Of a DNA stretch of 64,000 bases, positions 21,741 to 31,600 are shown piece after piece. The stretch is from Planctomycetota bacterium (GTDB lineage: Bacteria > Planctomycetota > UBA1135 > UBA2386): assembly GCA_046290465.1 (NCBI GenBank), contig JBKAGP010000001.1:4192001-4256000 (forward strand), written 5' to 3'. The position numbers and the translations under genes are program-made. Under the pieces are notes generated by a model. The model was given only the letters and a program-made list of their open reading frames with translations, did not search any database and was not told where the DNA came from. How positions within the stretch are numbered: position 1 is the first letter of the stretch; each line of letters begins with the position of its first letter.

Positions 21741-23666
21741 ATGCGACTCCACTCGTTTTCGTGCGCCGCCGCCGCGGCGCTGCTCGTCGGGGCTTCGGTC
21801 GAAGCCCAGACCACCATCTACGTCGACCCGACCCATGGGGTCGACCACACCAGCGGCCCGTCGCCCAGCGCTCCGTATCGCACCATCAACTACGCGATCG
21901 GCATCGCCAACTTCGGCGACATCGTGCACCTCCACCCCGGGATCTACAGTGCGCAGACCAACGGCGAGACGCTGCCGGTGCGCATGCAGGCCGGTGTCGA
22001 CGTGCACTCGGCCGGCGCCGACAAGGTCGTGATCCTGGGCGACGGCAGCTCGCAGTGGATCGGGCCGCAGCACTTCCCGGAGGCGGTCGGTGTGTTCCTG
22101 CCGGAGAGCCCGATCGGCACCGACGGCCGACGTGATGCCACCCTCGAGGTGCTGGTCGACTTCTCCGGCGCCGGCGCTGGCGAACGCATCGAGGGCGTGA
22201 CGTTCCGCGGTGGCGACATCCAGGTCTACCAGGAGTACGAGACGTTCGGTCGCAGTGCCGTGCAGAACTGCGTGTTCGACATGCTGCACGAAGCGCCCGA
22301 TCCGAACGCCGATCCGCGCTGGGGTCCGATCGCGGGTCCGGCGTTCGGTGTGCTGTCGGTCGCCGTCTACGACTGGGACGCGCCGCAGCCGATCTACCAC
22401 CAGGGCTCGATGGAGTTCCTCAACAACACGGTGATGATGGCGTGGCAGCCGCACCCGGGTGCGCTCGCCACCGAACTCGTGACCTGTCGCAACGGCGCGG
22501 TCGGGTTCTGTGACGTCAACGATCCGGCGACGATCTACCCGATGCCGATCATCGGCGACACCGACAACTCGCTGCGTTCGATCAACGACCACCTGCTGGT
22601 CAACAACATCTTCCGCACCGTCACCCCGCAGGGAACGGGCGCGACCCGCGCGCTGCTCGGCGTCGATTCGACCGACACCGACGTCGTCGTCGGCACCCAG
22701 CTCGAAGAACGCAACGCGTTCGATCGCAACCTGGTTGGCGGCACCACCGGTCCCGGCGGCAGCCTGCCGCAGTACTGGTCGATCGTCGTGCCGGCGCTCC
22801 AGTACCCGCGTCCCGTCATCGACGTCAATCCCGCCAACGTGGCGATCCCCGGCTTCCCGGCCGGTCGCGATGCCGGCTACGTCGGCGAGTACATCACGCG
22901 CACCCACGGCTGGGCCGCGGGGGAAGGCCCCAACGACCGCTACATCCGCGACTGGCGACTGCTGCCGGCCACGCCCTACAAGGAGCTGGGCACCTCGCCG
23001 GTCGGCAACATCATCCGCGTCGGCAACGGCCTGACCTACACGGATCCGGTCGGCATCATGTCGGTGTTCGACTACGACGGCGAAGAGCACGGCAACCCGC
23101 GCATCGCGTCGGACCCGCAGGCGCCGAGCAACGGCGGTGAGGTCGATCTCGGTTTCGACGAGGCCAGCAACCTGATCATGGCGCGCAGCAACGCCAACGA
23201 CTCGGTCGCGCACGACGACTTCGTGCAGGACCTGATGACGACGCGCAGCACCATGCAGGCCTACCCGGACGGCGTCGGCCGCGGCCAGGACCTGCGCGAC
23301 CTGGTGACCCCGTCGGCGGGCAACCTGCTGTTCTACATGAGCCTGTCGCTGCCGATGATCCCGACGCTCTACGATCCGCCCTACATCCAGACGGTGGAGT
23401 GGCCGACGCTGATCCAGCCGGTGCTGCTCGGTGGCTTCACCGGCTACGACAGCTACTACCTGGCGAACGCCAGCGGCCCGCTGTCGATCGCGACGACGGC
23501 GGTGACCAACTACCTCGCCCCGTACGATCCGAATGGCCTGTCGTTCGGCAGCGTCGCCAACGTGGTCGAGCCGAGCCAGGGTCTCTACTTCATCTCGGTG
23601 CAGGGTCTGTTCACGCCGACGGTGGGCAACGCCGCCTACACCAACGTGCAGAACTACCACTTCTGA
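21741..23666 (+). CDS. Secreted DUF1565/beta-helix-like protein
   Basis: Signal peptide; IYVDPTHGVD...PYRTINYAI...GDIVHLHPGIYS...GETLP; NNIF, DLGFDE. Confidence 0.72.
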   Translation: MRLHSFSCAAAAALLVGASVEAQTTIYVDPTHGVDHTSGPSPSAPYRTINYAIGIANFGDIVHLHPGIYSAQTNGETLPVRMQAGVDVHSAGADKVVILGDGSSQWIGPQHFPEAVGVFLPESPIGTDGRRDATLEVLVDFSGAGAGERIEGVTFRGGDIQVYQEYETFGRSAVQNCVFDMLHEAPDPNADPRWGPIAGPAFGVLSVAVYDWDAPQPIYHQGSMEFLNNTVMMAWQPHPGALATELVTCRNGAVGFCDVNDPATIYPMPIIGDTDNSLRSINDHLLVNNIFRTVTPQGTGATRALLGVDSTDTDVVVGTQLEERNAFDRNLVGGTTGPGGSLPQYWSIVVPALQYPRPVIDVNPANVAIPGFPAGRDAGYVGEYITRTHGWAAGEGPNDRYIRDWRLLPATPYKELGTSPVGNIIRVGNGLTYTDPVGIMSVFDYDGEEHGNPRIASDPQAPSNGGEVDLGFDEASNLIMARSNANDSVAHDDFVQDLMTTRSTMQAYPDGVGRGQDLRDLVTPSAGNLLFYMSLSLPMIPTLYDPPYIQTVEWPTLIQPVLLGGFTGYDSYYLANASGPLSIATTAVTNYLAPYDPNGLSFGSVANVVEPSQGLYFISVQGLFTPTVGNAAYTNVQNYHF

Positions 23667-23843
23667 TCGCGCGGTCGGTCTGCGCGCGGACGGTCGTTCT
23701 GGCCGTCCGCATGGCGGGGGTGGGATGGGATCGGCGGGGAAACCACCGCCAATCCTTGCCTGGTCGTCGCGGTGCCGGGAGAGTGCTTCCCGGGCCACGA
23801 TTCGCGACCGAACGGGACCGCGTTCGGCCACATCCCCCAACCG

Positions 23844-25316
23844 ATGCACCGCCTCCGCTACTTCATCGGCCTCTGCACCCTGATCGCGGCCGTGCTCGGC
23901 GCGATCTGGATGGTGCGACTGCTCCGTAGCATCGACGAGAAGCCGGGCATGTCGCTGACGCTCGAGTTCAAGAACGCCCAGGGCCTGCGCGCCGGCACCG
24001 ACGTGCGCTACCGCGGCGTCACCGTCGGCACCGTGCGTTCGGTCGCGATCTCCGGCGACGGCAGCAAGGCGGTCGCGCAGCTGCTGCTGGAGCCGGCCGG
24101 CGCCGCGCACGCGTGCGTCAACAGCAGCTTCTGGGTCGTGCGCCCGCGCTTCGGCGGGCTGACCTCGGGGGCGACCGGCCTCGACACGCTGGTGCGCGAC
24201 TCCTACGTCGCGTTCCACACGCCGGTCGACCGTGGCTCGATGCTGCAGTCGGGCAGCCTGCTCGCCGGCAACGAACGTCCGCCCGAGGGCTCCGATCCGG
24301 AGGTGCTCGACGACGTGCAGCACGGCGACCTGCTGATGACGTTGCTGGTGCCCGAGAACCACGGCCTCAAGCCGGGCAGCTCGGTGATCTTCCGCGGCAT
24401 GAAGACCGGCGACGTGCGCAGCGTGCAGCTGGCTCCGTCGGGCACGCACGTCGAGGTCGCGCTGCGGATCGCGCGCAAGCATCGCCAGACGGTCACCGAC
24501 CTGACCCGCTTCTGGGTCGCGCGCCCCTACGTCAGCGGCGCGCTGTTCAGCGGCTTCACGGTCACCGACGTCAGCGCGCTGCTGACGCCCTACATCAGCT
24601 ACTACGGCGAGCCGGGCGAGGGCGTGTTCGTGCAGGACGGCTACCGCACCGCCGCCGAGCCCGACCGCCCGCAGCTCGAGATGGGCGCGGTGCCGAAGCA
24701 CGCCGTCGCCACCGAGCGCCCCAAGGCGCCGCCGATCACCGACGACGTCGTGCTGGTGCGCATCACCTACAAGGCGGTCGAGCGCGACACGTTCAGCAGC
24801 GACGACAAGATCCTGCGGCACGGCACCGGCGTGCTGTTCCTCGACAAGGCGGGGCGCACGGTGGTGGTCACCGCGCGAGCCCTGGTCGACGCGAGCTACA
24901 CCGAGAGCGACTTCTGGGGCGATCCCGAGATCGACGACGAACAGATCAAGGTGCTGCTGCCCGATGGTTCGGTGCTGCGCGCGGGCCGAGTGTGGGTGCA
25001 TCCCGAAGGGCAGAACCTGGCGGCCCTGGTGCTCGAGGACGCGCGGCCGGACCTGACCGGCACGCCGAGCCACCGCTTCTCGGACGGCGCCGACGTCGAC
25101 GAGGGCGCCGATCGCAAGCTGCGCATCGCCGGCCCCGACGGCGCGCCGCTGCCCGGCACCAGCTACACCGCCGACGGTGTCGTCGAGGACGACCAGCTCG
25201 GCGGCGCGGTGCTCGCCGACGGCAAGGTGCTCGGGTTGCTGGCGTTCAAGCCCGGCGGCGGCGAGCGCGCGGTCGTCGCGCTCGACAGCCTGCCCAACGA
25301 CCTGCGGCCGCGCTGA
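23844..25316 (+). CDS. MCE (MlaD/PqiB-like) protein with two MCE domains and a degenerate trypsin-like C-terminal domain
   Basis: N-terminal TM; AQGLRAGTDVRYRGVTVGTV..FWVVRP; GLKPGSSVIFRGMKTGDV..FWVARP; GTGVLF..VVTARAL..GGAVLADGKVLG. Confidence 0.8.
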   Translation: MHRLRYFIGLCTLIAAVLGAIWMVRLLRSIDEKPGMSLTLEFKNAQGLRAGTDVRYRGVTVGTVRSVAISGDGSKAVAQLLLEPAGAAHACVNSSFWVVRPRFGGLTSGATGLDTLVRDSYVAFHTPVDRGSMLQSGSLLAGNERPPEGSDPEVLDDVQHGDLLMTLLVPENHGLKPGSSVIFRGMKTGDVRSVQLAPSGTHVEVALRIARKHRQTVTDLTRFWVARPYVSGALFSGFTVTDVSALLTPYISYYGEPGEGVFVQDGYRTAAEPDRPQLEMGAVPKHAVATERPKAPPITDDVVLVRITYKAVERDTFSSDDKILRHGTGVLFLDKAGRTVVVTARALVDASYTESDFWGDPEIDDEQIKVLLPDGSVLRAGRVWVHPEGQNLAALVLEDARPDLTGTPSHRFSDGADVDEGADRKLRIAGPDGAPLPGTSYTADGVVEDDQLGGAVLADGKVLGLLAFKPGGGERAVVALDSLPNDLRPR

Positions 25317-25324
25317 TCCGATCG

Positions 25325-26839
25325 ATGGGCGCCGCGCTCGAGTTCTGCAACTTCGGCCTCGCGCACCGCCGACCCGGCGGCGACGAGGTGCTGCTCGAAG
25401 GCGTCGACCTGACGCTGAAGCGAGACGGCTTCTACGTGTTCGTCGGCACCAGCGGCGGCGGCAAGTCGTCGCTGCTGCGCGTGCTCGCCGGCCTGATCGA
25501 GTCGCGCGAACCGGCGCCCCGGTTGAGCGGCAAGCTGGTCGCGTTCGGCAAGGAGCTGACCGGCGACGCACCGCAGATGCTGCAGGGCAACGTCGCGGCG
25601 ATCCTGCAGGACGAAGGGCTGCTGGACGAGTTGAGCCCGCGCGCCAACGTCGAGATGGCGCTGCTGGCGGCCAACCGTTCGCGCAAGCTGGCACCGGCGC
25701 TGCTCGCGCAGGCCGGCCTGCCCGACCCGCCCGAACGCGTCGCGCAGCTGTCCGGCGGCATGCGTAAGCGCGTCGCGGTCGCGCGCGCGCTGGCGTCGTC
25801 GCCGCAGCTGCTGCTGTGCGACGAACCGACCGCGGGGCTCGATCCGGCGGCGGCTCGCACGATCGCCAGGTTGCTGCGCGACGCGCACGACCAGGACAGC
25901 GAGCGCACGACGATCATCATCACCCACGACCTCGAGGCCTTCGACGGCCTGACCGACGGCGTGCTGGTGCTCGATCGTCCGGCCCGTTCGCTGCGGCTCG
26001 AGGCGCCCGCGTGGCGGCCGCCCGAGGGCAGTGGTGGCGGGCCGCTGGTCGGCAGCAACGGCGACGACGACGACGGCGGCGAGCCGGCCGCGCTGCACTG
26101 GTTCCGGCGCGCGCTGCTGCAGATGGCCGCGATCGGTGAGACCGTCTGGGACTCGGTGCGGCGGTTGCCGCCGGTCGAACTCGGCCAGGTGTTCCGCACC
26201 ACGATGCGGTTCGCGCTCGAGCCGGCGCTGTTCGTCGCGGTCGCCGGCGCGGTGATCGGTGGCCTGGCGACGTTCTTCGCGCTGCGCAACAACCCGATCG
26301 ACGGCGGCTTCGAGACCGCGCTGCTGACCGGCACCGGCAAGGTCGCGACCGCGGTGCTGGTGCCGCTGCTCAGCGGCTTCTTCTTCACTGCGCGCATCGC
26401 GGCGGGCGCGTCGGCACGCATCGGCACGATGAAGCGCACCAACCAGATCGCCGCGCTGCGCATGATGGGGGTGCACCCGGCCGACTACCTGCTGACGCCG
26501 CTGGTCTGGGGCATGATCCTGGCGATGCCGCTGGTCACGCTCGGCGGCGTGGTCGCCGCCGCGCTCGCCGCCGCGTTTGCCGCCAATGCGGTTTCCGGCA
26601 CCACGATGGTCAACTGGGCGACCGCCTACTTCATGACCGTCGACGCGCACGACGTGTTGATCGTGTTGGGCAAGTCGACGCTGTCCGGCTACCTGGTCGC
26701 GCTGGCCTGCTACCACCTCGGCACCGGCCCGAAGCGCTCCGGCGCCGAGGTCGGCGAATCGGTCAACTCGGCGATCGTGGTCGGCATGGCGCTGGTGCTG
26801 GCGGTGCACGCCGGCATCACGTTCGTCGTCTACGCCTGA
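25325..26839 (+). CDS. Fused ABC ATPase (MlaF-like) and MlaE-like permease
   Basis: GTSGGGKS, LSGGMRKR, LLCDEPTAGLDP, ITHD, then in frame TM helices with ARIGTMKRTNQIAALRMMGVHP.DYL. Confidence 0.85.
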   Translation: MGAALEFCNFGLAHRRPGGDEVLLEGVDLTLKRDGFYVFVGTSGGGKSSLLRVLAGLIESREPAPRLSGKLVAFGKELTGDAPQMLQGNVAAILQDEGLLDELSPRANVEMALLAANRSRKLAPALLAQAGLPDPPERVAQLSGGMRKRVAVARALASSPQLLLCDEPTAGLDPAAARTIARLLRDAHDQDSERTTIIITHDLEAFDGLTDGVLVLDRPARSLRLEAPAWRPPEGSGGGPLVGSNGDDDDGGEPAALHWFRRALLQMAAIGETVWDSVRRLPPVELGQVFRTTMRFALEPALFVAVAGAVIGGLATFFALRNNPIDGGFETALLTGTGKVATAVLVPLLSGFFFTARIAAGASARIGTMKRTNQIAALRMMGVHPADYLLTPLVWGMILAMPLVTLGGVVAAALAAAFAANAVSGTTMVNWATAYFMTVDAHDVLIVLGKSTLSGYLVALACYHLGTGPKRSGAEVGESVNSAIVVGMALVLAVHAGITFVVYA

Positions 26840-26961
26840 GTCGATCGCCCGCACGAAGGTGCAAATCGGTGCCGGATCGCGTCACATACGACGCGTAGGA
26901 GATGTCGCCGCCGATCGCGGCGCCGCGCGAACCGCCCACCGGGGTGTCCAGAGCCAAGACC

Positions 26962-29022
26962 ATGCGCAGCCGATCCACGTTCGTCACGTTTCCCCTGCTG
27001 GCCGCGGCGTTGTGCGCCCAGCAACCTTCGCTGGCCGAAGCGAGGCGGCTCGCCGAGGCCAAGGCGTGGACCTCGCTCGCAGCGCTCGCCGAGCAGGGCA
27101 TGCAGCGCGAGCCGCACTCGCTCGACTGGTGCTACCACGCCTGCCTCGCCTACCGGCGCATCGACCGACACGACCAGGCCGATGCGCTGCTGGTAGCGTT
27201 GCGCGAGCGCATCGCCCTGCTCGATCGGCCGGCGCGGCCCGGAGGGGGCGTGGCGCGCAGCAGGGGGCCGGGTGACCACGGCACCGGGCGCGATCCGTCG
27301 GCAGCGTCGACGCCGTCGGTGACATCCAAGGCGAACGAGCCCGCGACCAACCGACCCGGGACGACCCCCGTGGCAAGCGATCCGTCGGCTGCCGCGACCG
27401 ATGCGAGCGGTGACAAGGATGCGCCCCGGCCACCGCTGCTGGCCGACAGCCTGGGAGACGACTATCCGTTCTTCGACGGCAACGACGAGCAGAAGCAGAA
27501 GGGCCGTGAGCAGGTCGAACGCAAGGTCGCGGTGGCTCCGCTGTCGCAGGTGCTGGCGTTGGATCCGGAGACGGTGCCGCCGTCGGCGCGTGAGGCCGTG
27601 AAGTCGGCTCTGGCGAGGCGCCTGCAGCGGGAGCTGTCGCAGCTCGTGGTCGGGTTCGGCGAACGCCTGTCCGCCGGCGACGCGGCGCGCGACGCGCTGA
27701 TCGTCACGCTCGAGGCGATCGTCGCCGCGATGGAGCGCAGCGACGCGGTTGCGTCCGAGCCGTTCCTGACGCTGCTGCAGGACCGGCAGGTGCTGCAGGT
27801 GCGGCAGGCGAGCGCGCGCGTGCTGCGCGCCTGCGGCCGCGCGCTGGAGCGGTGGGCCACGGCGATCGACCTGCGTCCCGAAGAACGAGAACGCCTCGCG
27901 TATCGCAGCACTCTGACGTCGGCGACCAAGGTGCACGCCGCTGGCCCGACCCAGGTCCGTGAACTGCTCGAGGGGCTGCTGTTCAAGCTGCGCGCGTCGC
28001 GATCGACCGAGGTGTCGCAACCGGCCGAGACCGAGCTCGCCGCGTTTGCCCAGGCACGGCTCGCTTCGGGTCGCGAGGCCGAGCAGAACGAACGCCGAGA
28101 ACGTGCCGCGCTCGACTACGAGGTCGCCCAGCAGTGCGACCCGGCGCTGGTCGACAGCCTCGCCAAGGCGGCGGATCTGTTCGTGGCGAGCGGCCGGCGC
28201 GCCGGCGCGGTGCGCGCGTGGAAGCGCCTGCGCAGCGCCAGCCGGGCCGGCGCCCTGGCGACGCTGGCGACCGAGAAGCTCGAGGGCGAACAGGCTGCGG
28301 CCGTGGTTCGCCTGAAGGGGGATGTGACCCAGCTCTATCGGACCAACGACTGGCAGGCGGTGGTCCGGTTCATCCGCGCGGAGCTGCCGATCCTGGCCGG
28401 CCCCGAACTGCGGCAGATCGAGGACATGGTGCAACGCGGCGCCAGCAACGAAGCCCTGAAGGAACTCAACGGGCTGGTCGACCGCATCAAGAAGGGCACG
28501 CTGGTCGAGAAGATGGCGATCGTGCGGGGCCACCGGATGGGCGTCGAAGGCGATCTGCTGGTCGTGCCGAGCGTTGCGATGAAGATGCGTCCGGCCACCG
28601 ATGGTGGGGAGGAGATCTACATCAGCACGGCACCGATCGACGAGACGTTCTGGAGCCGCCTTCGAGCGGCACCGATCTTCTCCTACGAGAACAGCACCGG
28701 TCCGCGTTGCCTGAGCTACCCGAACTCGGAGAACCTCTGCGAGCTCCTCAACGAACGTGAAGCCGATCGTCTACCCGTAGGCATGCACTTCCGGATTCCG
28801 ACGTCGGCCGAGTTGGCGCGCTTCCGCGACAAGAACGGCAAGCTGCCATATACGGAGGTCGACCGGCTGTGGGTCAGCGATCCGTGCGCGTTCGGCGGAA
28901 CGCGGCAGTTCGCCATGCGGTGGCGGATCGGGGTCGACGACTCGAAGATGGAGCGAATCAAAGCCTGGCAGCACAACGTGGAGCCACCGACCGGCGTCGT
29001 GTTCGTGCTGGCACGCCGCTGA
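26962..29022 (+). CDS. Secreted helical protein with a degenerate FGE-sulfatase-like C-terminus
   Basis: Signal peptide; C-terminal LSY...LCELLNERE..LPVGMHFRIPTSAEL resembles the RLPTEAEWE region. Confidence 0.55.
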   Translation: MRSRSTFVTFPLLAAALCAQQPSLAEARRLAEAKAWTSLAALAEQGMQREPHSLDWCYHACLAYRRIDRHDQADALLVALRERIALLDRPARPGGGVARSRGPGDHGTGRDPSAASTPSVTSKANEPATNRPGTTPVASDPSAAATDASGDKDAPRPPLLADSLGDDYPFFDGNDEQKQKGREQVERKVAVAPLSQVLALDPETVPPSAREAVKSALARRLQRELSQLVVGFGERLSAGDAARDALIVTLEAIVAAMERSDAVASEPFLTLLQDRQVLQVRQASARVLRACGRALERWATAIDLRPEERERLAYRSTLTSATKVHAAGPTQVRELLEGLLFKLRASRSTEVSQPAETELAAFAQARLASGREAEQNERRERAALDYEVAQQCDPALVDSLAKAADLFVASGRRAGAVRAWKRLRSASRAGALATLATEKLEGEQAAAVVRLKGDVTQLYRTNDWQAVVRFIRAELPILAGPELRQIEDMVQRGASNEALKELNGLVDRIKKGTLVEKMAIVRGHRMGVEGDLLVVPSVAMKMRPATDGGEEIYISTAPIDETFWSRLRAAPIFSYENSTGPRCLSYPNSENLCELLNEREADRLPVGMHFRIPTSAELARFRDKNGKLPYTEVDRLWVSDPCAFGGTRQFAMRWRIGVDDSKMERIKAWQHNVEPPTGVVFVLARR

Positions 29023-29043
29023 CCCGACGCCGCGGACCCGACC
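29013..29043 (+). repeat. 14-bp tandem duplication across a stop codon
   Basis: acgccgcTGAcccg / acgccgcggacccg / acc. Confidence 0.65.
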
Positions 29044-29046
29044 TGG

Positions 29047-31593
29047 CTACCGCCGCCGCCAGGGACGAGCGGCGCGCACGCCCAGGTCGGTCTCGCGGTT
29101 GTTCGGATCGACGAAGTGGCGCGTGTGCGCGCAGGCCCTCGAGACAACCGTGCGGAAGCTGCCGCCGCGGGCGATGCGCACCGGGTGATCGAGGTCGTCG
29201 ACGATGCCGAGACCGTCGGGCGCGACCTGGTCGTAATCGCCGTACATCTGGGCTGGATCGCGACACCACTCCCGCACGTTGCCGTGCATGTCGTAGAAGC
29301 CCCAACGGTTGCCGCGGCTGGCCCCGACCGTCACGCTCAGCTGGTCCTTCGACCGCTTGTCCTGCAACGGCTCGAGCGCCTCGATCACCTCAGGATCCGA
29401 GCCCGTCCACCACGGCGTCGTCGTGCCCGCGCGGCAGGCGTACTCCCACTCGGTCTCCGACGGCATCCGCAGGCCGTGGCGCGCCAGCACGTGCTCGGCC
29501 TGCGACCACGTCACGTCGCCGATCGGATGGGTCTCGCTGTTGTGCAGGCGGTCCAGGTCGATGGGGCCACCGAGCCGCCGCCACTGCGCGCGCGTCAGTT
29601 CGTGGCGCGCCAGCAGGTACGGCGCCAGCTCGCGCGTCTGCTGGGGGCGTTCGCGCAGTCGGGCCATCGCCGATCCGGATGGCGCGCCGATCCGCGTCGT
29701 GCCACCGGGAACGAGCACGAACACGATCCCGAAGTCGTCGCGCCCACGGACGTTCCCCCGCTCGTCCGGATTGGGCACCCGCATCTGCCGAGGATCGAGG
29801 TCGGCGTCGCAGCCGCTGCGCGGGTGGTAGAACTCCCAGTGGCCGGTCGCGGCGTTGACGCCGATCGGGATCAGGTCGACGACGTCGTCGATCTCGAAGC
29901 GGCAGTCCGCGTCGCGGTAGACCGGACTCTCGGCGAGCGAACGGCGCACCTGCTGCCACGACGGCACATCGCTGCGGCCATCGGCGGCGGCGACCAGCTT
30001 GCCGTTCCACTCGATGGCGCGCTGCACCTCGTCGCGCCGCCCCGCCAGCCAGTCCATTCCGACCAGCAGCTGGCGCAGCTCTGCTTGCAGGTGGTCCTCG
30101 GCCGACAGGTCCCGCCGACCGGCCAGCTCCGCCACCGTCGCCTCGACCGACGGACGTCGCGCCAGCAGCGCATCGGCGTCCGCGAGCCAGGAGCCGAGCT
30201 CCGGCGTGAACGTCGGCGTCTCGACGGCCTCCCGGTCGCGCTTGTGCAGGTTGCCCAACAGGATCACGCCCTCGAGCTGCTCGTAGCGCTGCACGGTGCG
30301 ATCGAGCGTCACCGCCGACACCGCGCTGAAGCCGCCCGCGATCGCCAGCACCAGCGCGACGAAGGCGGCGACGGCGAGCATGCCGCGGTTGCGCCGAGCG
30401 AACTTGCGCGCGAGGTAGAGCCGCGACGGTGGCCGTGCCTCGACCGGTTCGTCGCGCTGGTAGCGCTTCAGGTCGGCGGCGAACTCGGCGGCGCTGGGGT
30501 AGCGCAGCGACGGGTCCTTGTGCAGCGCGCGCATCACGATCCAGTCGAGGTCGCGGGTCAGCGCGGTGCGAAGCTCGGCCACCGACGTCTGCCGCAGCTC
30601 GGCCGTGCGCCGCGCGTCGGCAGGGTCGCAGCGGTCGAAGCGAACGCTCGGGCGATCCGGTTCGTGGTCGCGCAGCAGCCTCAGCATGTCGACACCGCCG
30701 TCGCGGAACAGCAGCTCCGCCGGCAGCGGCAGCGACCCGACCAGCAGTTCGTAGAGCAGCACGCCGATCGAGTAGACGTCGACGAGCGTGTCGAGGCTGT
30801 CGCTGGCACCGGCCTGCTCGGGCGCCATGTAGACCGGCGTGCCGCCGCCGAAGTCCCCGACCACGGTCCGGAAGTCGGCCGCCGGCAGCTCGGCCTCGAT
30901 CGACTTGACCAGGCCGAAGTCGATCAGCTTGACCTGCAGGACCCCGCTGGTGTCGGTGACCAGCACGTTGCCGGGCTTCAGGTCGCGGTGGATCATGCCG
31001 CGTCGGTGCAGGTGGTGCACCGCGTCGCACAGCTGGCGCACCAGCCGGATGCGCTTCCACAGCGGCAGCCGCCGGCGGTCGCAGTAGGTCGTGATCTCCT
31101 CGCCCTGCACGAACTCCATCGCCAGGAACGGCTGGCCCTGCTCGGTCGCGCCGCACTCGTGCACCTTGGCGATGCCGTCGTGCGCCATCATCGCGAGCGT
31201 CTGGCGTTCGCGCTCGAACCGCTGCATGAACTCGGCGCTCGCCTGCGCGTGGTTCATCACCTTGAGCGCGACGCGCCGCCGCACAGGCTGTTCCTGCAGC
31301 GCCTCGTAGACGGTGCCCATGCCGCCCTGGCCGAGCTGGCGCACGATGCGGTAGGGACCGATCGCTGCCGGCAGCGGCGCCCCGGCCGCACGTTCGCGCG
31401 CGACGGCGTTGCGCGCGGCATCGACCAGCGAGCCGTCGCCCTCGCGGTGGTCGCGCAGCAGGCTGAGCACCTCGGCGACGACCCGATCGTCGCCGCGCGC
31501 ATGTTCGGCGAGGAACGCGCGCCACTCGCGCTCCGGCACCGAGCAAGCGCGCTCGAACAGGTCGAAGACGATCGAGAACGGCGGGCGGGTCAC
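29047..31593 (-). CDS. Membrane Ser/Thr kinase with C-terminal FGE-sulfatase (SUMF1-like) domain
   Basis: LGQGGMGTV, HRDLKPGN, DFG, YMAPEQ; TM; RMPSETEWEYACRAG, DMHGNVREW, RGGSF, LGVRAAR. Confidence 0.92.
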   Translation of the reverse strand: MTRPPFSIVFDLFERACSVPEREWRAFLAEHARGDDRVVAEVLSLLRDHREGDGSLVDAARNAVARERAAGAPLPAAIGPYRIVRQLGQGGMGTVYEALQEQPVRRRVALKVMNHAQASAEFMQRFERERQTLAMMAHDGIAKVHECGATEQGQPFLAMEFVQGEEITTYCDRRRLPLWKRIRLVRQLCDAVHHLHRRGMIHRDLKPGNVLVTDTSGVLQVKLIDFGLVKSIEAELPAADFRTVVGDFGGGTPVYMAPEQAGASDSLDTLVDVYSIGVLLYELLVGSLPLPAELLFRDGGVDMLRLLRDHEPDRPSVRFDRCDPADARRTAELRQTSVAELRTALTRDLDWIVMRALHKDPSLRYPSAAEFAADLKRYQRDEPVEARPPSRLYLARKFARRNRGMLAVAAFVALVLAIAGGFSAVSAVTLDRTVQRYEQLEGVILLGNLHKRDREAVETPTFTPELGSWLADADALLARRPSVEATVAELAGRRDLSAEDHLQAELRQLLVGMDWLAGRRDEVQRAIEWNGKLVAAADGRSDVPSWQQVRRSLAESPVYRDADCRFEIDDVVDLIPIGVNAATGHWEFYHPRSGCDADLDPRQMRVPNPDERGNVRGRDDFGIVFVLVPGGTTRIGAPSGSAMARLRERPQQTRELAPYLLARHELTRAQWRRLGGPIDLDRLHNSETHPIGDVTWSQAEHVLARHGLRMPSETEWEYACRAGTTTPWWTGSDPEVIEALEPLQDKRSKDQLSVTVGASRGNRWGFYDMHGNVREWCRDPAQMYGDYDQVAPDGLGIVDDLDHPVRIARGGSFRTVVSRACAHTRHFVDPNNRETDLGVRAARPWRRR

Positions 31594-31600
31594 GGTGGCG

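Noticed and set aside
23662..23710. Further stop-spanning duplication (tctgatcgcgcggtcgg / tctgcgcgcggacgg) and hairpin gcggacggtc/ggccgtccgc
   Set aside because: Needs a gap and is GC-rich, so it may be chance; the hairpin lacks a U-tract. Similar weak cases at 4630-4661, 40570-40590 and 49524-49541 were not counted
21429..25694. 1421-aa minus-strand ORF and other long antisense ORFs (e.g. 13317-16232, 29116-32253, 45015-48098)
   Set aside because: Shadow ORFs of high-GC genes: Arg/Ala-rich, without motifs, and opposite well-supported genes
28500..29700. Diversity-generating retroelement targeting the FGE-like C-termini
   Set aside because: No reverse transcriptase and no template/variable repeat pair seen in the window
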